Positions 36,816 through 49,645 of a stretch of DNA of 64,000 nt are shown piece by piece (position 1 is the first letter of the stretch; every line of letters begins with the position of its first letter). The notes below the pieces were generated by a model that saw only the letters and a program-made list of their open reading frames with translations, was not told the origin of the DNA and did not search any database. The position numbers and the translations under genes are program-made. The stretch is from Macrostomum lignano (Eukaryota): positions 124,001-188,000 of the forward strand of contig NIVC01000403.1 in the NCBI GenBank assembly GCA_002269645.1. The letters are read 5' to 3'.

Positions 36816-37571
36816 CAGGGGCTGTGGATAGGCGAAGTTGACTTGGTGTCTGGGTGGACTAGTCAAGGCCTGTAGTGCTTGCAGGCTAAGGGTGCACGAG
36901 CGGCGATACAGGGATTATCTTTGCCTTTGCTTCACAAAGAACTGCACACGGAATGCTTTTGATTTTCTTAGATTTTTTGTCCGTCTCTTTTGCCGCCCAA
37001 GATCTTGCAGTGGAATTTCTATTATTTATTCAGACAGCGAAATCAGCCACGCAGACACACCCAATGCGTGTGTTTTCCCCCTAAAGGCAGCTCACTCACC
37101 GTAATGATGCTTGAGATAGCTGATTCCTCTGTCTGTAGCTGACGATTCTCTTCGCTTCGTTGAATTCAATTTCATCTGCTTTCGCTGCTCAGCATTGCTA
37201 ATCGCGTAAAGAATATTTGATACACTCAAGACAAGCCCGAAGCAGTTAGCAGCGTCAATACGGATTCAACGCTCGTCTGTTGTTTCTGCAACAAACTGAA
37301 AGCAGGGTAGAGCAAAAGCAGAGCCGAGCGGGAAAGAGATCTCACAGTTTTTTTATTGTGACCGCCCCGTCCTCACAGCCAAGGATTGGCCAATGGGGAG
37401 GATCTCTTTAGGGCAGTGAGTCAACTCAACTTCTCTTGTTGTTACATTGCTCTGAAAGCGTGCGATTTTGGGACTCTCGCTAATGTTGAATTATAGGTTC
37501 TGAAGACGCAAAGGGTAATCTTGTCAAAAGCACCAACAACACCTACACCGACAACCTGTATGGATGGTCAG

Positions 37572-38347
37572 GCTGATTCAGGATGGAAAGGATGCTCAGG
37601 CAGAGTGATTCAGGATGGAAAGGATGCTCAGGCAGAATGATTCAGGATGGTAAGGATGCTCAGGCAGAGTGATTCAGGATGGAAAGGATGCTCAGGCAGA
37701 ATGATTCAGGATGGTAAGGATGCTCAGGCAGAGTGATTCAGGATGGAAAGGATGCTCAGGCAGAATGATTCAGGATGGAAAGGATGCTCAGGCAGAGTGA
37801 TTCAGGATGGAAAGGATGCTCAGGCAGAGTGATTCAGGATGGAAAGGATGCTCAGGCAGAGTGATTCAGGATGGAAAGGATGCTCAGGCAGAGTGATTCA
37901 GGATGGAAAGGATGCTCAGGCAGAATGATTCAGGATGGAAAGGATGCTCAGGCAGAGTGATTCAGGATGGAAAGGATGCTCAGGCAGAATGATTCAGGAT
38001 GAAAAGGATGCTCAGGTAGCATGATTCAGGACGGAAAGGATGCTCAGGCAGAATGATTCAGGATGGAAAGGATGCTCAGGCAGAGTGATTCAGGATGGAA
38101 AGGATGCTCAGGCAGAGTGATTCAGGATGGAAAGGATGCTCAGGCAGAGTGATTCAGGATGGAAAGGATGCTCAGGCAGAGTGATTCAGGATGGAAAGGA
38201 TGCTCAGGCAGAGTGATTCAGGATGGAAAGGATGCTCAGGCAGAGTGATTCAGGATGGAAAGGATGCTCAGGCAGAATGATTCAGGATGGAAAGGATGCT
38301 CAGGCAGAGTGATTCAGGATGGAAAGGATGCTCAGGCAGAGTGATTC
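37572..38347. repeat. 32-bp minisatellite (GATTCAGGATGGAAAGGATGCTCAGGCAGAGT)n, left half of an array split by a retrotransposon
   Basis: Directly visible tandem copies; the same unit resumes at 44095. Confidence 0.97.
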
Positions 38348-38452
38348 TTCTTGACTTAGCTGCAGGGTGGTCCGTAGACACAGCGGGGAGGCGAGGGTCG
38401 CCCATTCCGCTAGCCCCTGAAGGCCCGCAGACAGGCAGAGGCGTGGGGCCGG

Positions 38453-41400
38453 TCAGGGTGGTCCGCCGGTCCGTCCTGCAGCGTGATCTTCCGTTGGGAA
38501 GAAACTGGCTCGTCTAGTCGCCCGAAGGAACTGGATGAGCCGTGGGATGCTGTCGGGCTGGCAAACCTCGTCAATGGACGGGTTCGGCCCGAGGTAGCTT
38601 AGCGGTCTCTGTTAAAGAAAGGGCAGTGACAGACAAAGTGTTGAGCATCTTCATTGTCGCACTCGCAAAAGGGGCAAATTTCGCTCTCGAGGTCGCCTCG
38701 GAGGAAGCAGTGCCTGGCGAGGTAGCCATGGCCGGTAAGGGTCATGACAAGGGCTCGAATATCCTTCCGATTCTGGTTCAGAAGGATGTTTCTGAGCCTG
38801 TGAGACGGGCAAGGAACCGCGGCACGAGATTGCCGGCAGTTTTGGGTGCCCGCCCATCTGTCCCTGTGGAGGGAGTCAGCCCAGTCGTCGATCTGACGAT
38901 TGATGACTGTCAAGGGCATAGGGACCAGGGGGGCAGGGCCGAAGAAAGAGCCAGAGCCGCCCCTCTTGGCGAGGGTGTCTGCCAGCTCGTTCCCCGGAAA
39001 CCCTGCGTGCCCTGGGATCCACTTCAGCCTGACAGTATTGCTTCTGGCCAGGAGGTTGAGCTGCCGGGCGCAGTCGGCGACTGTCCGGGAGTTCGTTGTG
39101 GTGTGGCAAAGGGCCTGTAAGGCCGCTTGGCTGTCGGAGTGGATGACAATAGTCTTTCCTCTCGTAACCTTGGCGTTCAGCTCTGCAGCGCAAGAGCTGA
39201 TGGCAAGGACTTCGTTCTGGAAGACTGTGGAGAGTCTACCAGTGTGCTGGGCATGCGTGGCAATTACGCGGCCGTTGATGATGATGCAGACCCCAAAGCC
39301 GGCGCGACCGTCTTTGATGGATCCGTCCGTGTAGCAATGGACCTCCTGGAAATTCCAGTGGTCATTGGCAGCATCCCTAGAGGGGATGGTGACCTTGTAG
39401 CGCTGAAAGAGGTTGAGAGTGCGGGGTTCGCCGTCAGATAGGACGTGGAGCCCGCCGCTGTCTCTCAAGTCCTTGAGGCAGAGGTCAGCGTGGGGCAGAA
39501 GCTTGCGCTTAGCCATGGCCCTATGGGGCTGGATTCGAATGCCAGCGTCAGCTAGACGGCGGGCAGTCTTAGCCGCTTCCCTGCGGACAAAGATGTCCAG
39601 CGGAGGAATGTTGAGGAAGGCGTTGAGGCCATCGTAAGGAGCAGACGGAGGGGCGCTCATGATCATGCGACAAGCGCGCCCTTGCGCTCTCCTGAGAGCC
39701 TCTAGACAGGTCTTTATCTGCAGGGCGCTAGCCCAGATCAGGCCGCCATACGAGATAGCGGGCCTAACCATTGCAGTGTAGATCCACCAGAGGCGCTTGG
39801 GGGTGAGCCCCCAGGTGGTGCCGACAGCCCTGCGCAATTGCGCGAGGACTGCGAAGGCCTTTTTGGCTTTTGTTTGAACGTGGGGTGACCAGTTCAGCCT
39901 GTGGTCCAGGGTAATACCCAGACATTTAGTCTGCTTGCAGAAGGGGATTTCCCTTCCGTAAAGCATGAGCGGCCGAATCTGCCACTTGGTCCTGCTGGTG
40001 AACATGATCGCTGCGGTCTTAGTCTCAGAGAGCCTTAAACCACAGCGGTCCGCCCATTGCTCAGCAGCGTAGATGAAGTTCTGAAGAAGGTCCCTGAGGG
40101 TATCAGGGGACGGACCAGATGCCACCGCGGTGACATCGTCCGCATATCCAACTTTCAGAATGGGGTCAGGCCGAACATCCCGGAGGAGCTCATCGATGAC
40201 CATATTCCAGAGAACTGGAGACAGCACCCCACCTTGCGGGCTACCTTTGCAGACGGGGACCGTCCTCTGGTAGCCCAGCAGACTGGCGGTGGCCGTGCGA
40301 TGGCTGATCATGTACATGATCCATCTGGTGAGATGTGAGTGCGTTTGCCTCTCACAAAGAGCTCTTCGGAACGCCTCAAAGAGGACGTTATCGAAGGCGC
40401 CAATGATGTCCAGGAAGATCCCCAGAGCAAAGCCATTACCAAGCACGGCCTTCTCGAGTTTATCGACCAGGACGTGCAGCGCGCTTTCAGTGGAGCGACC
40501 CGCCCGAAAAGCGTGCTGGTTCTCGCTGAGAGGTTTGTTCTTCAGCTCAACAGAGAGAAGGCGCCAAAGCACCAGTCTCTCCATCAGCTTGACCAGGGAG
40601 GAGGTCAAGCTGATCGGTCTGAAGGATTTGATAGAATGGTAGTCCGGGCGGCCTGGCTTAGGGATAAAGATCACCTTTGCCTCGGTCCATGCCTGCGGGA
40701 CATAACCAAGCGTGATGCATGCCCGAAGAAGGCTGCAAAGTTTGCGCAGGAAGCCTGGGCATTTAACCGCCTCTCTTAGAAGGGCCGGTACAATGCCGTC
40801 GGGTCCTGGGGCTTTGAAAGGCTTGAAGGAATTTGCCGCTCTCACAATGCGGTCCTCCGTGATGATAGAGGCAGCCAGCGCGTGACCTCCCTCCGAGTGA
40901 TCCGGAGTGGTCTGGTTAGCTGGCTCGTTGGGGAAAAACGCAGTGAGCATTACATCAAGCGTTTCCCCTGGGTTGTCCGTGGACGTACCGTCGGTGCGTT
41001 TGACCGAGGAGAGCTTAGACATTTTGTCCAGCGTGAGCGCTTTCACAACTCTGGAGGTGGGGCGTGAGCCCTCTAGCTCCTCACAGTATTGTCGCCATTT
41101 TTGAGCCTTTGCATTCCTAACCTGCCTTTTAAACTCATGAATTGCGTCATGATAGGCGGTTTGGTCTGCAGGGCTCTTAGTTTTAGTTGCTCTGCGGTGG
41201 AGTCTCTTAGCCCTGCGACGGAGGTTGCCGAGCTCGGGATTCCACCACGGCGCCGATTTTTTCCCTTTATAGGCTTTTAAAGGGCAGGACGCCTCAAAGG
41301 CGGCGGTTAGCGTCTCTGTCAAAACAGTCGCGCACTCATCCGCCTCTCGGCACGACGTGATCGTGGATGGTTGGCCAGGAGACCGATGGAATTCCTTCAG

Positions 41401-42155
41401 GGCGAGCCCGAAGGTTTCCCAATCCGTATTTCTGGCGTTCCGTCTCCACGTAACACGAGTTGCGCTACGCGCGGCCATTAGGTTGAAGGAGATGAACTTG
41501 TGATCCGAGAGTGAGGACACTGGAAGCACCCGCCACGCCCAATACTCTGGTAGAGTCTGGGCGTTGCGAGCGTAGCGTCGATCACCTCCGACCACCGTCC
41601 GTTGTCAAAGGTAGGGGTGGACCCAGAGTTGCAGAACTCGAGGGTCGTAGAGGCAACGTAGGCTAGGAGGTCTTCGCCTCTCTGATTAATGCCAGTGCTG
41701 CCCCAGTGAGTGTGGTGGGCGTTGATGTCGCCGGCAACCATGAGCTCGTAGTTTTTGGCAGAGCAGAGCTCTACCAGCGTAGCGAGGGCTCTGGGGACGA
41801 CCGCAGCATCGCCTGGTAGGTAAACCGAGGCAATGAGGGTGGTCTTCCCAGGAAGAAGGTCCTCGGATTGGATGACGCAGATGTCCCTGTTGGACAGGTC
41901 CGATCTGAGCCACGCACTGAGCGTTTTGCTCGCAAAGATGCAAGCTCTGGGAGGCTGGTTGGCCTCGCGAGGGTAAGTATAAAAACAATTGTAGCCAGCA
42001 GGGGCGTTTTGAGGCTTACCTCTGAGAGTCCAGGGTTCCTGGACGAGGATGAGCCCCGGCTTGTCGAGCTCGGCGTAACGCATAAGGTTGACCGAGGCTG
42101 CGACGCAGTGCTGCAGATTAATCTGCAGGCAATGGATTCCCTGGTTGCTGATCAT
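38453..42155 (-). pseudogene. Retrotransposon ORF2 (APE endonuclease, reverse transcriptase, RNase H, C-terminal Cys/His motif) with two 1-nt frameshifts
   Basis: APE: QINLQH, LVQEPW, GDINAHH, SDH. RT: KAPGPDGI, FLDIIGAFD, PQGGVLSP, YADD. RNase H: YTDGS, EVLAI, SDSQAAL, WIPGH, GNELAD. Zn motif CPFC...HFVCHC. 3703 nt plus 2 gives 1235 codons; shifts near 41539 and 38601. Confidence 0.92.
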
Positions 42156-42252
42156 TATCACGCAGTTGGGGAATCGTTGAGCAGGTCATCCTCCTCCTTT
42201 TCAGTGGTGGGTGACCCGCAGACCTCCATGGGAGTTTCAGCGTCCTCAGCAG

Positions 42253-43622
42253 TTAGGGTGGCTGTGGAGTCCTCCGCGGACGTGAGCCCAGCGTGGACGT
42301 TGCCGTCGCCTCCCTGCGTGCTTCGGTGCTGTCACTGCCCGTCCCCTCTGCCTCGTCGGTCAGGTCGATGCGGGTGGCGCCAGCCTCCTGGTGAGTCACA
42401 GACTCGAACCAGTCGGTCGGAGCCTCCCCGCTTAGAGTCTGGCCTTCTGGCTGTTGGGGTGGAGCGCGAGAAGCGCGGGCCCGCTCACGATGCGCACGAA
42501 GGTTCTTGGCCTGGTCCAGCGCGCGCTGGATCAGGCCGGACCTCCGGGTGCTCCTGGCGGGTCTGCGATTGCGATTTCCGGTTTCAGCAGCGCGAACTGC
42601 TTTACCGGGCATAGGATCGGCCGTTTGCCTCGGCTTCTTTGCCGGAGGAGCCTGGGCCCCAGTTCCGGTTTCGGAAGCTTTGGCATTCTTGGCTTCATCA
42701 GCTTTCCGCTCCTCGCAACGGAGGATGGTCAGCTGAGTCAGACCAATATGAATTGTGGACTTAGGCGGCAAGCGCTTAGCCCAGTCATCAGAGAGCCCTA
42801 GGATCACCGTAGCCCCCTTCTCCTTGCGGGAAGTGGCGTGGTGTAGGAGCCCGTTGACCTCAAGGTCGGGGTGCAGCTTAAGCAATATTTGCCTAAGCTG
42901 ATCTCCGGACTTAATGGCACTGCCGGCCGGGATCCAGACGCGAAAGCGCTGGGTCTTCTGTCGTTCGCCCTCGCTGGCGAAGACGAGCTTGCCGAGCTTC
43001 TTGGGCCAGTTCAGCTTTGGCAGAAGCTCGCGTAGATTGCTTCTGCTCTCCTCCGAGCTGCACCAGATGAAGATGCAGCCGTCGGTCTTGGCAGACTTGA
43101 CCACGCTCACAGGGCGGCCCGCCAGGAGCTGGTCGATGAGCGCAGCATCGATGGTGCGCCAGGCACTGTCGAGCTCGTCGGCCGTGAGGTCCTGCTCTTC
43201 CCCGAAGACGATGACCGCCGGTTGGAGCTTGACCTTTGAGGCGTAGTTGGTGGCGGCGGTTCCCGAAGGCCCGGCCGCGCTTGTAGCAGGTATACTGGGT
43301 GGCTCACCAGCGGGGGTTGTATCCTGGGGGGCAGGGGTTGCTGTGGTTCCTTTCGGCCCAACAGCAGCCTCGCCCTCCCTAGGTTCCCCTCCGCCGGTGG
43401 CCGGCCCGCAGTACCCCGTAGTCGCCGTCGCCGCTCGTTGCGGCGTTGGTTGCGGGTGCGTCGGGCTTCAGCGGAGGGCCCGGTCGCGCGTGCGGGCATG
43501 TCACCGGCCGAGCCGGCGGCAAGCCCATCTGCCCCCGGTGGGGCGGCGCTGGTGCCAGAGTCACCGGCCGGAGTTGCCGGGGCCCCGGCTTCAGCGGGGG
43601 TTAAAGAGGCGGATGACGCCAT
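42253..43622 (-). pseudogene. Retrotransposon ORF1 (basic, Ala/Pro-rich N-terminus) with one 1-nt frameshift
   Basis: The MASSASLTP... frame (ATG 43622) must shift between about 43460 and 43260 to join ...TNYASKVKLQPAVIVFGEEQ...RFRVWIP...; 1370 nt plus 1 gives 457 codons. Confidence 0.75.
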
Positions 43623-44094
43623 AGCTAAAAAGCGGGAAGGAGTGAGCTGAGTCACAAAAGAAAGAGGAAAGAAGAAAAAGAAAAGGACCGCTAGCGACCG
43701 GACAACCCCCCGGCCTTCCAGCCCATCGGCACGGTCAAACACCTTAGGCATTAGGGGGTACGTTAAGCAGTACCACGGCCTGCAGGCTGGCAAGCCAGAC
43801 CCGCATACCCAAATTCGGCCGAAGCCACTGGATGGGTCGCCAGCGTCGGAGCCCAGTCTGTCCAGCAGCCCTAGGGTCTGCCTTGAACACACGCGGGGAC
43901 GAGTACCCTGGGTCGACTTGTGAAACAGCGTGAGGGGGGGGTCTGCGGCTGCCAGCGCCAAATAGCGGGTGCAGACCTCCCTCTCCAGCCTTGACCTGCT
44001 GAAGATAGGGGCAGGCGTGAAGCATCGCAGACCGTAGCCCATAGGCCTGGTCTGTCTCATACTTCACTGGCGTGCTGAATACACCTTCGCGTGC

Positions 44095-44800
44095 GGCAGA
44101 GTGATTCAGGATGGAAAGGATGCTCAGGCAGAATGATTCAGGATGGAAAGGATGCTCAGGCAGAATGATTCAGGATGGAAAGGATGCTCAGGCAGAATGA
44201 TTCAGGATGGAAAGGATGCTCAGGCAGAATGATTCAGGATGGAAAGGATGCTCAGGCAGAATGATTCAGGATGGAAAGGATGCTCAGGCAGAATGATTCA
44301 GGATGGAAAGGATGCTCAGGCAGAATGATTCAGGATGGAAAGGATGCTCAGGCAGAATGATTCAGGATGGAAAGGATGCTCAGGCAGAATGATTCAGGAT
44401 GGAAAGGATGCTCAGGCAGAATGATTCAGGATGGAAAGGATGCTCAGGCAGAATGATTCAGGATGGAAAGGATGCTCAGGCAGAATGATTCAGGATGGAA
44501 AGGATGCTCAGGCAGAATGATTCAGGATGGAAAGGATGCTCAGGTAGCATGATTCAGGATGGAAAGGATGCTCAGGCAGAGTGATTCAGGATGGAAAGGA
44601 TGCTCAGGCAGAGTGATTCAGGATGGAAAGGATGCTCAGGCAGAATGATTCAGGATGGAAAGGATGCTCAGGCAGAGTGATTCAGGATGGAAAGGATGCT
44701 CAGGTAGCATGATTCAGGATGGAAAGGATGCTCAGGCAGAATGATTCAGGATGGAAAGGATGCTCAGGTAGCATGATTCAAGATGAAAAAGATGTTTAGA
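44095..44800. repeat. 32-bp minisatellite, right half of the split array (mostly the ...CAGAAT variant)
   Basis: Same unit as 37572-38347. Confidence 0.97.
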
Positions 44801-45626
44801 CAGCATGATTTAGGACCGAAAGTGCAACTGGAACAAGCAGTTATATTTAAGGTCATCAGTTGCACATTGTGCGAAAATGACCGACAGAGCAAATAGATAG
44901 GGAGAGTAGCGTCGACAATCCATCAACTTTCAACCAGCAATTTTATCGATTAAATATCCTATATCTGATGACTAAGGTAAAAGTACATTTCGTCCTTCAT
45001 CAACTTCATCCTGTGCGTGATATGAAGCTTATAAAAAATTTCTAGAAGTCACTCTGAAAAGAAACCTACATTCTTAAAATCGAAGCGATATTGGTCACGA
45101 TTTTGACTTCTACTCCACACCACCCCGTACTACGTAGTTCTGTGCTAACTAGCTAAATCACAATTCTAGTGGAACATATTGTGTGTGTGCAGAGTTCCTG
45201 TTAAAAGGCCCGGTAAAAGTATATATCTTAAGTGACCCCGCTTTATCACGTCAGGCAATGGAGTACAGCCGTGAATTCACTGGAATGCCAGGCTTTTATT
45301 TATACCTATAGAAGCTTATGGCTAGAGTGTAATCTTAGCTTGGCTTTTGAGTTACGACTACTGGGGGATTTACAGATCTTGAAATTTCTTCCAAGACTGG
45401 CCAAAGAGCCCCGCCGCTTCGGTTGCCAGCCGGGGCAAGCAAACGCAAATTATTGATCGAATTCTGACGCCAGTGCTGCCGCGTTCAACAAATCTACTGA
45501 GCGCTGTCTACTGTGTTCCATTGCGTCTGCTTTAGCGGCTTAGATTTGCCTTTCTTACTACTTGCTTGGGTAGTTACGTATGTATTGTGAATTTTCGTCA
45601 TTTTGTCAATTTTCGTCAATTCGTCC

Positions 45627-47020
45627 TTTTCGATAACTCACTGCAGAACGTTTATGGTAACCCGATACCTTAGTGCCTCAGTGCCTCAGTACCTCAGTGC
45701 CTCAGTGCCTCAGTGCTTCAGTGCTTCAGTGCCTCAGTACCTCAGTGCCTCAGTGCTTCAGTGCTTCAGTGCTTCAGTGCCTCAGTGCCTCAGTGCCTCA
45801 GTACCTCAGTGCTTCAGTGCCTTAGTGCCTCAGTGCCTCAGTGCCTCAGTGCCTCAGTGCCTCAGTGCCTCAGTGCCTCAGTGCCTCAATGCCTCAGTGC
45901 CTCAGTGCCTCTGTGCCTCTGGGCCTCAGTGCCTCAGTGCCTCAGTGCCTTAGTGCCTCAGTGCCTTAGTGCCTCAGTGCCTCAGTGCCTCAGTGCCTCA
46001 GTGCCTCAGTGCCTCAGTGCCTCAGTGCCTCAGTGCCTCAGTGCCTTAGTGCCTCAGTGCCTCTGTGCCTCAGTGCCTCAGTGCCTCAGTGCCACAGTGC
46101 CTCAGTGCCTCAGTGCCTCAGTGCCTCAGTGCCTTAGTGCCTCAGTGCCTCAGTGCCTCAGTGCTTCAGTGCTTCAGTGCTTCAGTGCCTCAGTGCCTCA
46201 GTGCCTCAGTACCTCAGTGCCTCAGTGCCTCAGTGCCTCAGTACCTCAGTGCCTCAGTGCCTTAGTGCCTCAGTGCCTCAGTGCCCCAGTGCCTCAGTGC
46301 CTCAGTGCCTCAGTGCCTTAGTGCTTAGTGCCTCAGTGCTTCAGTGCTTCAGTGCTTCAGTGCCTCAGTGCCTCAGTGCCTCAGTGCTTCAGTGCCTCAG
46401 TGCCTCAGTGCCTCAGTGCCTTAGTGCCTCAGTGCTTCAGTGCCTCAGTGCCTCAGTGCCTCAGTGCCTCAGTGCCTCAGTGCCTTAGTGCCTCAGTGCC
46501 TCAGTGCCTCGGTGCCTCAGTGCCTCAGTGCCTCAGTGCCTCAGTGCCTTAGTGCCTCAGTGCCTCAGTGCCTCAGTGCTTCAGTGCTTCAGTGCTTCAG
46601 TGCCTCAGTGCCTCAGTGCCTCAGTACCTCAGTGCCTCAGTACCTCAGTGCCTCAGTGCCTCAGTGCCTCAGTGCCTTAGTGCCTCAGTGCCTCAGTGCC
46701 TCAGTGCCTCGGTGCCTCAGTGCCTCAGTGCCTCAGTGCCTCAGTGCCTCAGTGCCTCAGTGCCTCAGTGCCTCAGTGCCTCAGTGCTTCAGTGCCTCAG
46801 TGCCTCAGTGCCTCAGTGCCTCAGTGCCTCAGTGCCTCAGTGCTTCAGTGCCTCAGTGCCTCAGTGCCTCAGTGCCTCAGTGCCTCAGTGCCTTAGTGCC
46901 TCAGTGCCTCAGTGCCTCAGTGCCTCGGTGCCTCAGTGCCTCAGTGCCTCAGTGCCTCAGTGCCTCAGTGCCTCAGTGCCTCAGTGCCTCAGTGCCTCAG
47001 TGCCTCTGTGCCTCAGTGCC
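45627..47020. repeat. 8-bp tandem repeat (CCTCAGTG)n
   Basis: About 1.4 kb of directly visible copies with point variants. Confidence 0.98.
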
Positions 47021-47601
47021 TGCATGTACGAGCATCCGCCTTGGTCTCTGTCCTGCCTTTCTGCTTTCATTGGTCTCAAAGTTCTGTTGAAGTGTTGTCA
47101 GCTGAAAAAATTAACAAAATATGCCTAATAGAGCATTCATTGCATTCAGAATTATATCACAATTGAAGTTTCGAGTTACAGATTAAACGCATCCCTCAGC
47201 TGCTCTGAAGTCTTAGACGGAGCAATTCAGCTTTATTTGCCGAAATGAGAGACTCACAGATTAACAAAGCTGAGCATGGCAATGTCAATATCTAAATTTC
47301 CTCTTCCATAGATCCTTGGATTTGTTAATCGCGTTTAAACTGAGTTATGAAACTGCTTAGCCATTTTGGGTAACTTAATACACAACTGGGTATTGTAGCA
47401 GATATTGGGGTAAATCTTTTGAATGGCTTTTCAGGCGGAAATCTGCGACTGTTTAAACAGCAATAATCGATATTTTAATAAGTTGATAAAATTCGGTGTC
47501 AAAATGGTGTTTTAGTGTCAGTGTCTTTAAAGATTTAAGCAATACAGTTTCTTTGCATATTAAAACGTTAATTTTTTGAGAGATGCGATTTTCTGCGAAG
47601 T

Positions 47602-48122
47602 AACTGTCTGAGAGAGTCACTGTCTCAGAGAGTCACTGTCTCAGAGAGTCACTGTCTGAGAGAGTCACTGTCTGAGAGAATCACTGTCTGAGAGAGTCAC
47701 TGTCTGAGAGAATCACTGTCTGAGAGAGTCACTGTCTGAGAGAATCACTGTCTGAGAGAGTCACTGTCTGAGAGAATCACTGTCTGAGAGAGTCACTGTC
47801 TGAGAGAGTCACTGTCTTAGAGAGTCACTGTCTGAGAGAATCACTGTCTTAGAGAGTCACTGTCTGAGAGAATCACTGTCTGAGAGAGTCACTGTCTGAG
47901 AGAATCACTGTCTGAGAGAGTCACTGTCTGAGAGAATCACTGTCTGAGAGAGTCACTGTCTGAGAGAGTCACTGTCTTAGAGAGTCACTGTCTGAGAGAA
48001 TCACTGTCTTAGAGAGTCACTGTCTGAGAGAATCACTGTCTGAGAGAGTCACTGTCTGAGAGAATCACTGTCTGAGAGAGTCACTGTCTGAGAGAGTCAC
48101 TGTCTGAGAGAGTCACTGTCCC
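47602..48122. repeat. 16-bp minisatellite (GAGAGAGTCACTGTCT)n, about 100 bp downstream of the hunchback stop
   Basis: Directly visible tandem copies. Confidence 0.96.
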
Positions 48123-48225
48123 CAGAGAGACTCACTGAAACGCCCTATTTCGATAGTCAGTCTTCAGAGTTAGAAAAATGTTTAGAGTCACAATTTTTAG
48201 AAAAATCAGACTGCAGCCTCCATCA

Positions 48226-48482
48226 TCAGCCGTGCGCGTCCCTGTACAGGTGCATGTTGAAGCCGAGCTCGCTATAGGCCTGGAAGCCGCAGCCGTTGCA
48301 CCTGAAGGGGTTGGCGCCGGTGGAGTGATAGCCGAGATGCATGACGCACAGGACGAAATTGCGGAACACGATGCCGCAGTGACGGCACTCCATCGGCCGG
48401 ACGGGTGGGCCGCGACTCGCTGCTGGCGGTAGTAGCGTCGCTCGTTTCAGAGGAAGCGAGGGCGGCTGAAGCGGCGGCGGCA

Positions 48483-48517
<35 letters not shown>

Positions 48518-49077
48518 CGCGGAGGCGGTGGCGGATGCTGCACAAAAAAGCGACTGATTGGCGGCAGTTGCATCGATGCGGTCGCGGCAGCGGCGGCAGC
48601 GGCAGCCGCTTGCATCACCATGGAAACTGCTGGAGCACCCACCGCTTGCTGAGCAGGCTGAGAACTTGTAGTTACATCAGCAGCACCGCCAGCACCAGCT
48701 GATGAACGAGTAGATCTTTCCGGAATATGGCGTCGACGTCCAGCCGTTTTGTTTCCATCGGCGCTGCCGTCACAGTCGCCTCCTCGGTGCCCGAATCGTC
48801 TGGTGTGCAGGTGCAAATTGTGCACAAACTTGGTGGTGAAGCCGCAGTCGTGGCATCGGTGCGCCCGATTGGCCGAATGGCTGCGCAGGTGCGAGTTCAG
48901 CATGGAACGGTTGATGCAGACGTAGTCGCAGTTCGGGCACTTGTACGGCCTCGAGCCCGAGTGATTGGCGGCGTGATATTTCATGTGGTGCTTGTACTCG
49001 GTGACGAACGGGCACTGCGAGCAGCGCAGCACCCTGTCTGGTCTCATGTGCTGCACCCGGTGCCGCCAGAACTCCTC
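48226..49077 (-). CDS. hb: hunchback exon 2: second half of finger 1, fingers 2-4, Ala/Pro-rich linker and two C-terminal fingers
   Basis: EEFWRHRVQHMRPDRVLRCSQCPFVTEYKHHMKYH...CDYVCINRSMLNSHLRSH...RCHDCGFTTKFVHNLHLHTRRFGH matches Drosophila Hb DFWAHTRTHMKPDKILQCPKCPFVTEFKHHLEYH...CVNKSMLNSHRKSH...RCADCDYATKYCHSFKLHLRKYGH (recalled). C-terminal ECRHCGIVFRNFVLCVMHLGYH...FRCNGCG...HLYRDAH matches the Hb dimerisation fingers. Acceptor CTTCATCTTCAG. Confidence 0.93.
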
Positions 49078-49114
49078 CTGAAGATGAAGGTGCGAGTGTT
49101 GGACTGGGTGAGGA

Positions 49115-49645
49115 CTGGGACTGGCGCTGAGTGAGGGCTGGGACTGGCACTGAACGGACACTGGGAAGGCTGAGACTGGCACTGAACGGACACTGTGAGG
49201 GCTGAGACTGGCACTGAACGGACATTGGAAAGGCTGGGACTGGCACTGAACGGACATTGGGAGGGCTGGGACTGGCACTGAACGGACACTGTGAGGGCTG
49301 AGACTGGCACTGAACGGACATTGGGAAGGCTGGGACTGGCACTGAACGGACATTGGGAAGGCTGGGACTGGCACTGAACGGACACTGGGAAGGCTGGGAC
49401 TGGCACTGAACGGACACTGGGAAGGCTGGGACTGGCACTGAACGGACACTGGGAGGGCTTTGACTGGCACTGAACGGACATTGAGAATGCTGAGACTGGC
49501 ACTGAACGGATACTGGGAAGGCTGAGACTGGCACTGAACGGACATTGGGAAGGCTGGGACTGGCACTGAACGGACACTGTGAGGGCTTTGACTGGCACTG
49601 AACGGACACTGTGAGGGCTTTGACTGGCACTGAACGGACATTGTG
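49115..49645. repeat. 32-bp minisatellite (GACTGGCACTGAACGGACACTGGGAAGGCTGG)n in the hb intron
   Basis: Directly visible tandem copies. Confidence 0.95.

Larger units (their letters stand above)
38348..44094 (-). mobile_element. Full-length LOA-like non-LTR retrotransposon (5.75 kb; ORF1 + APE-RT-RNase H ORF2)
   Basis: Flanked by the duplicated 13-mer GGCAGAGTGATTC (38335-38347, 44095-44107) with a short GAA-type 3' tail. The domain order and the motifs QINLQH/QEPW and PQGGVLSPVLW resemble LOA/Lian-type elements; clade assignment needs a tree. Confidence 0.9.

Noticed and set aside
38542-43650. Plus-strand ORFs over the retrotransposon, and similar ORFs antisense to OGA, SLC10, hb and at 62955-63725
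   Set aside because: Antisense shadows of GC-rich coding sequence with no independent motifs.
45603-47166. Multiple ASVPQCLS-repeat ORFs
   Set aside because: Artefact of the 8-bp repeat.
47100-48225. Nanos response element (GUUGU...AUUGUA) or Pumilio site in the hb 3' UTR
   Set aside because: One isolated GTTGT is present on the sense strand, with no paired ATTGTA or TGTAHATA found.
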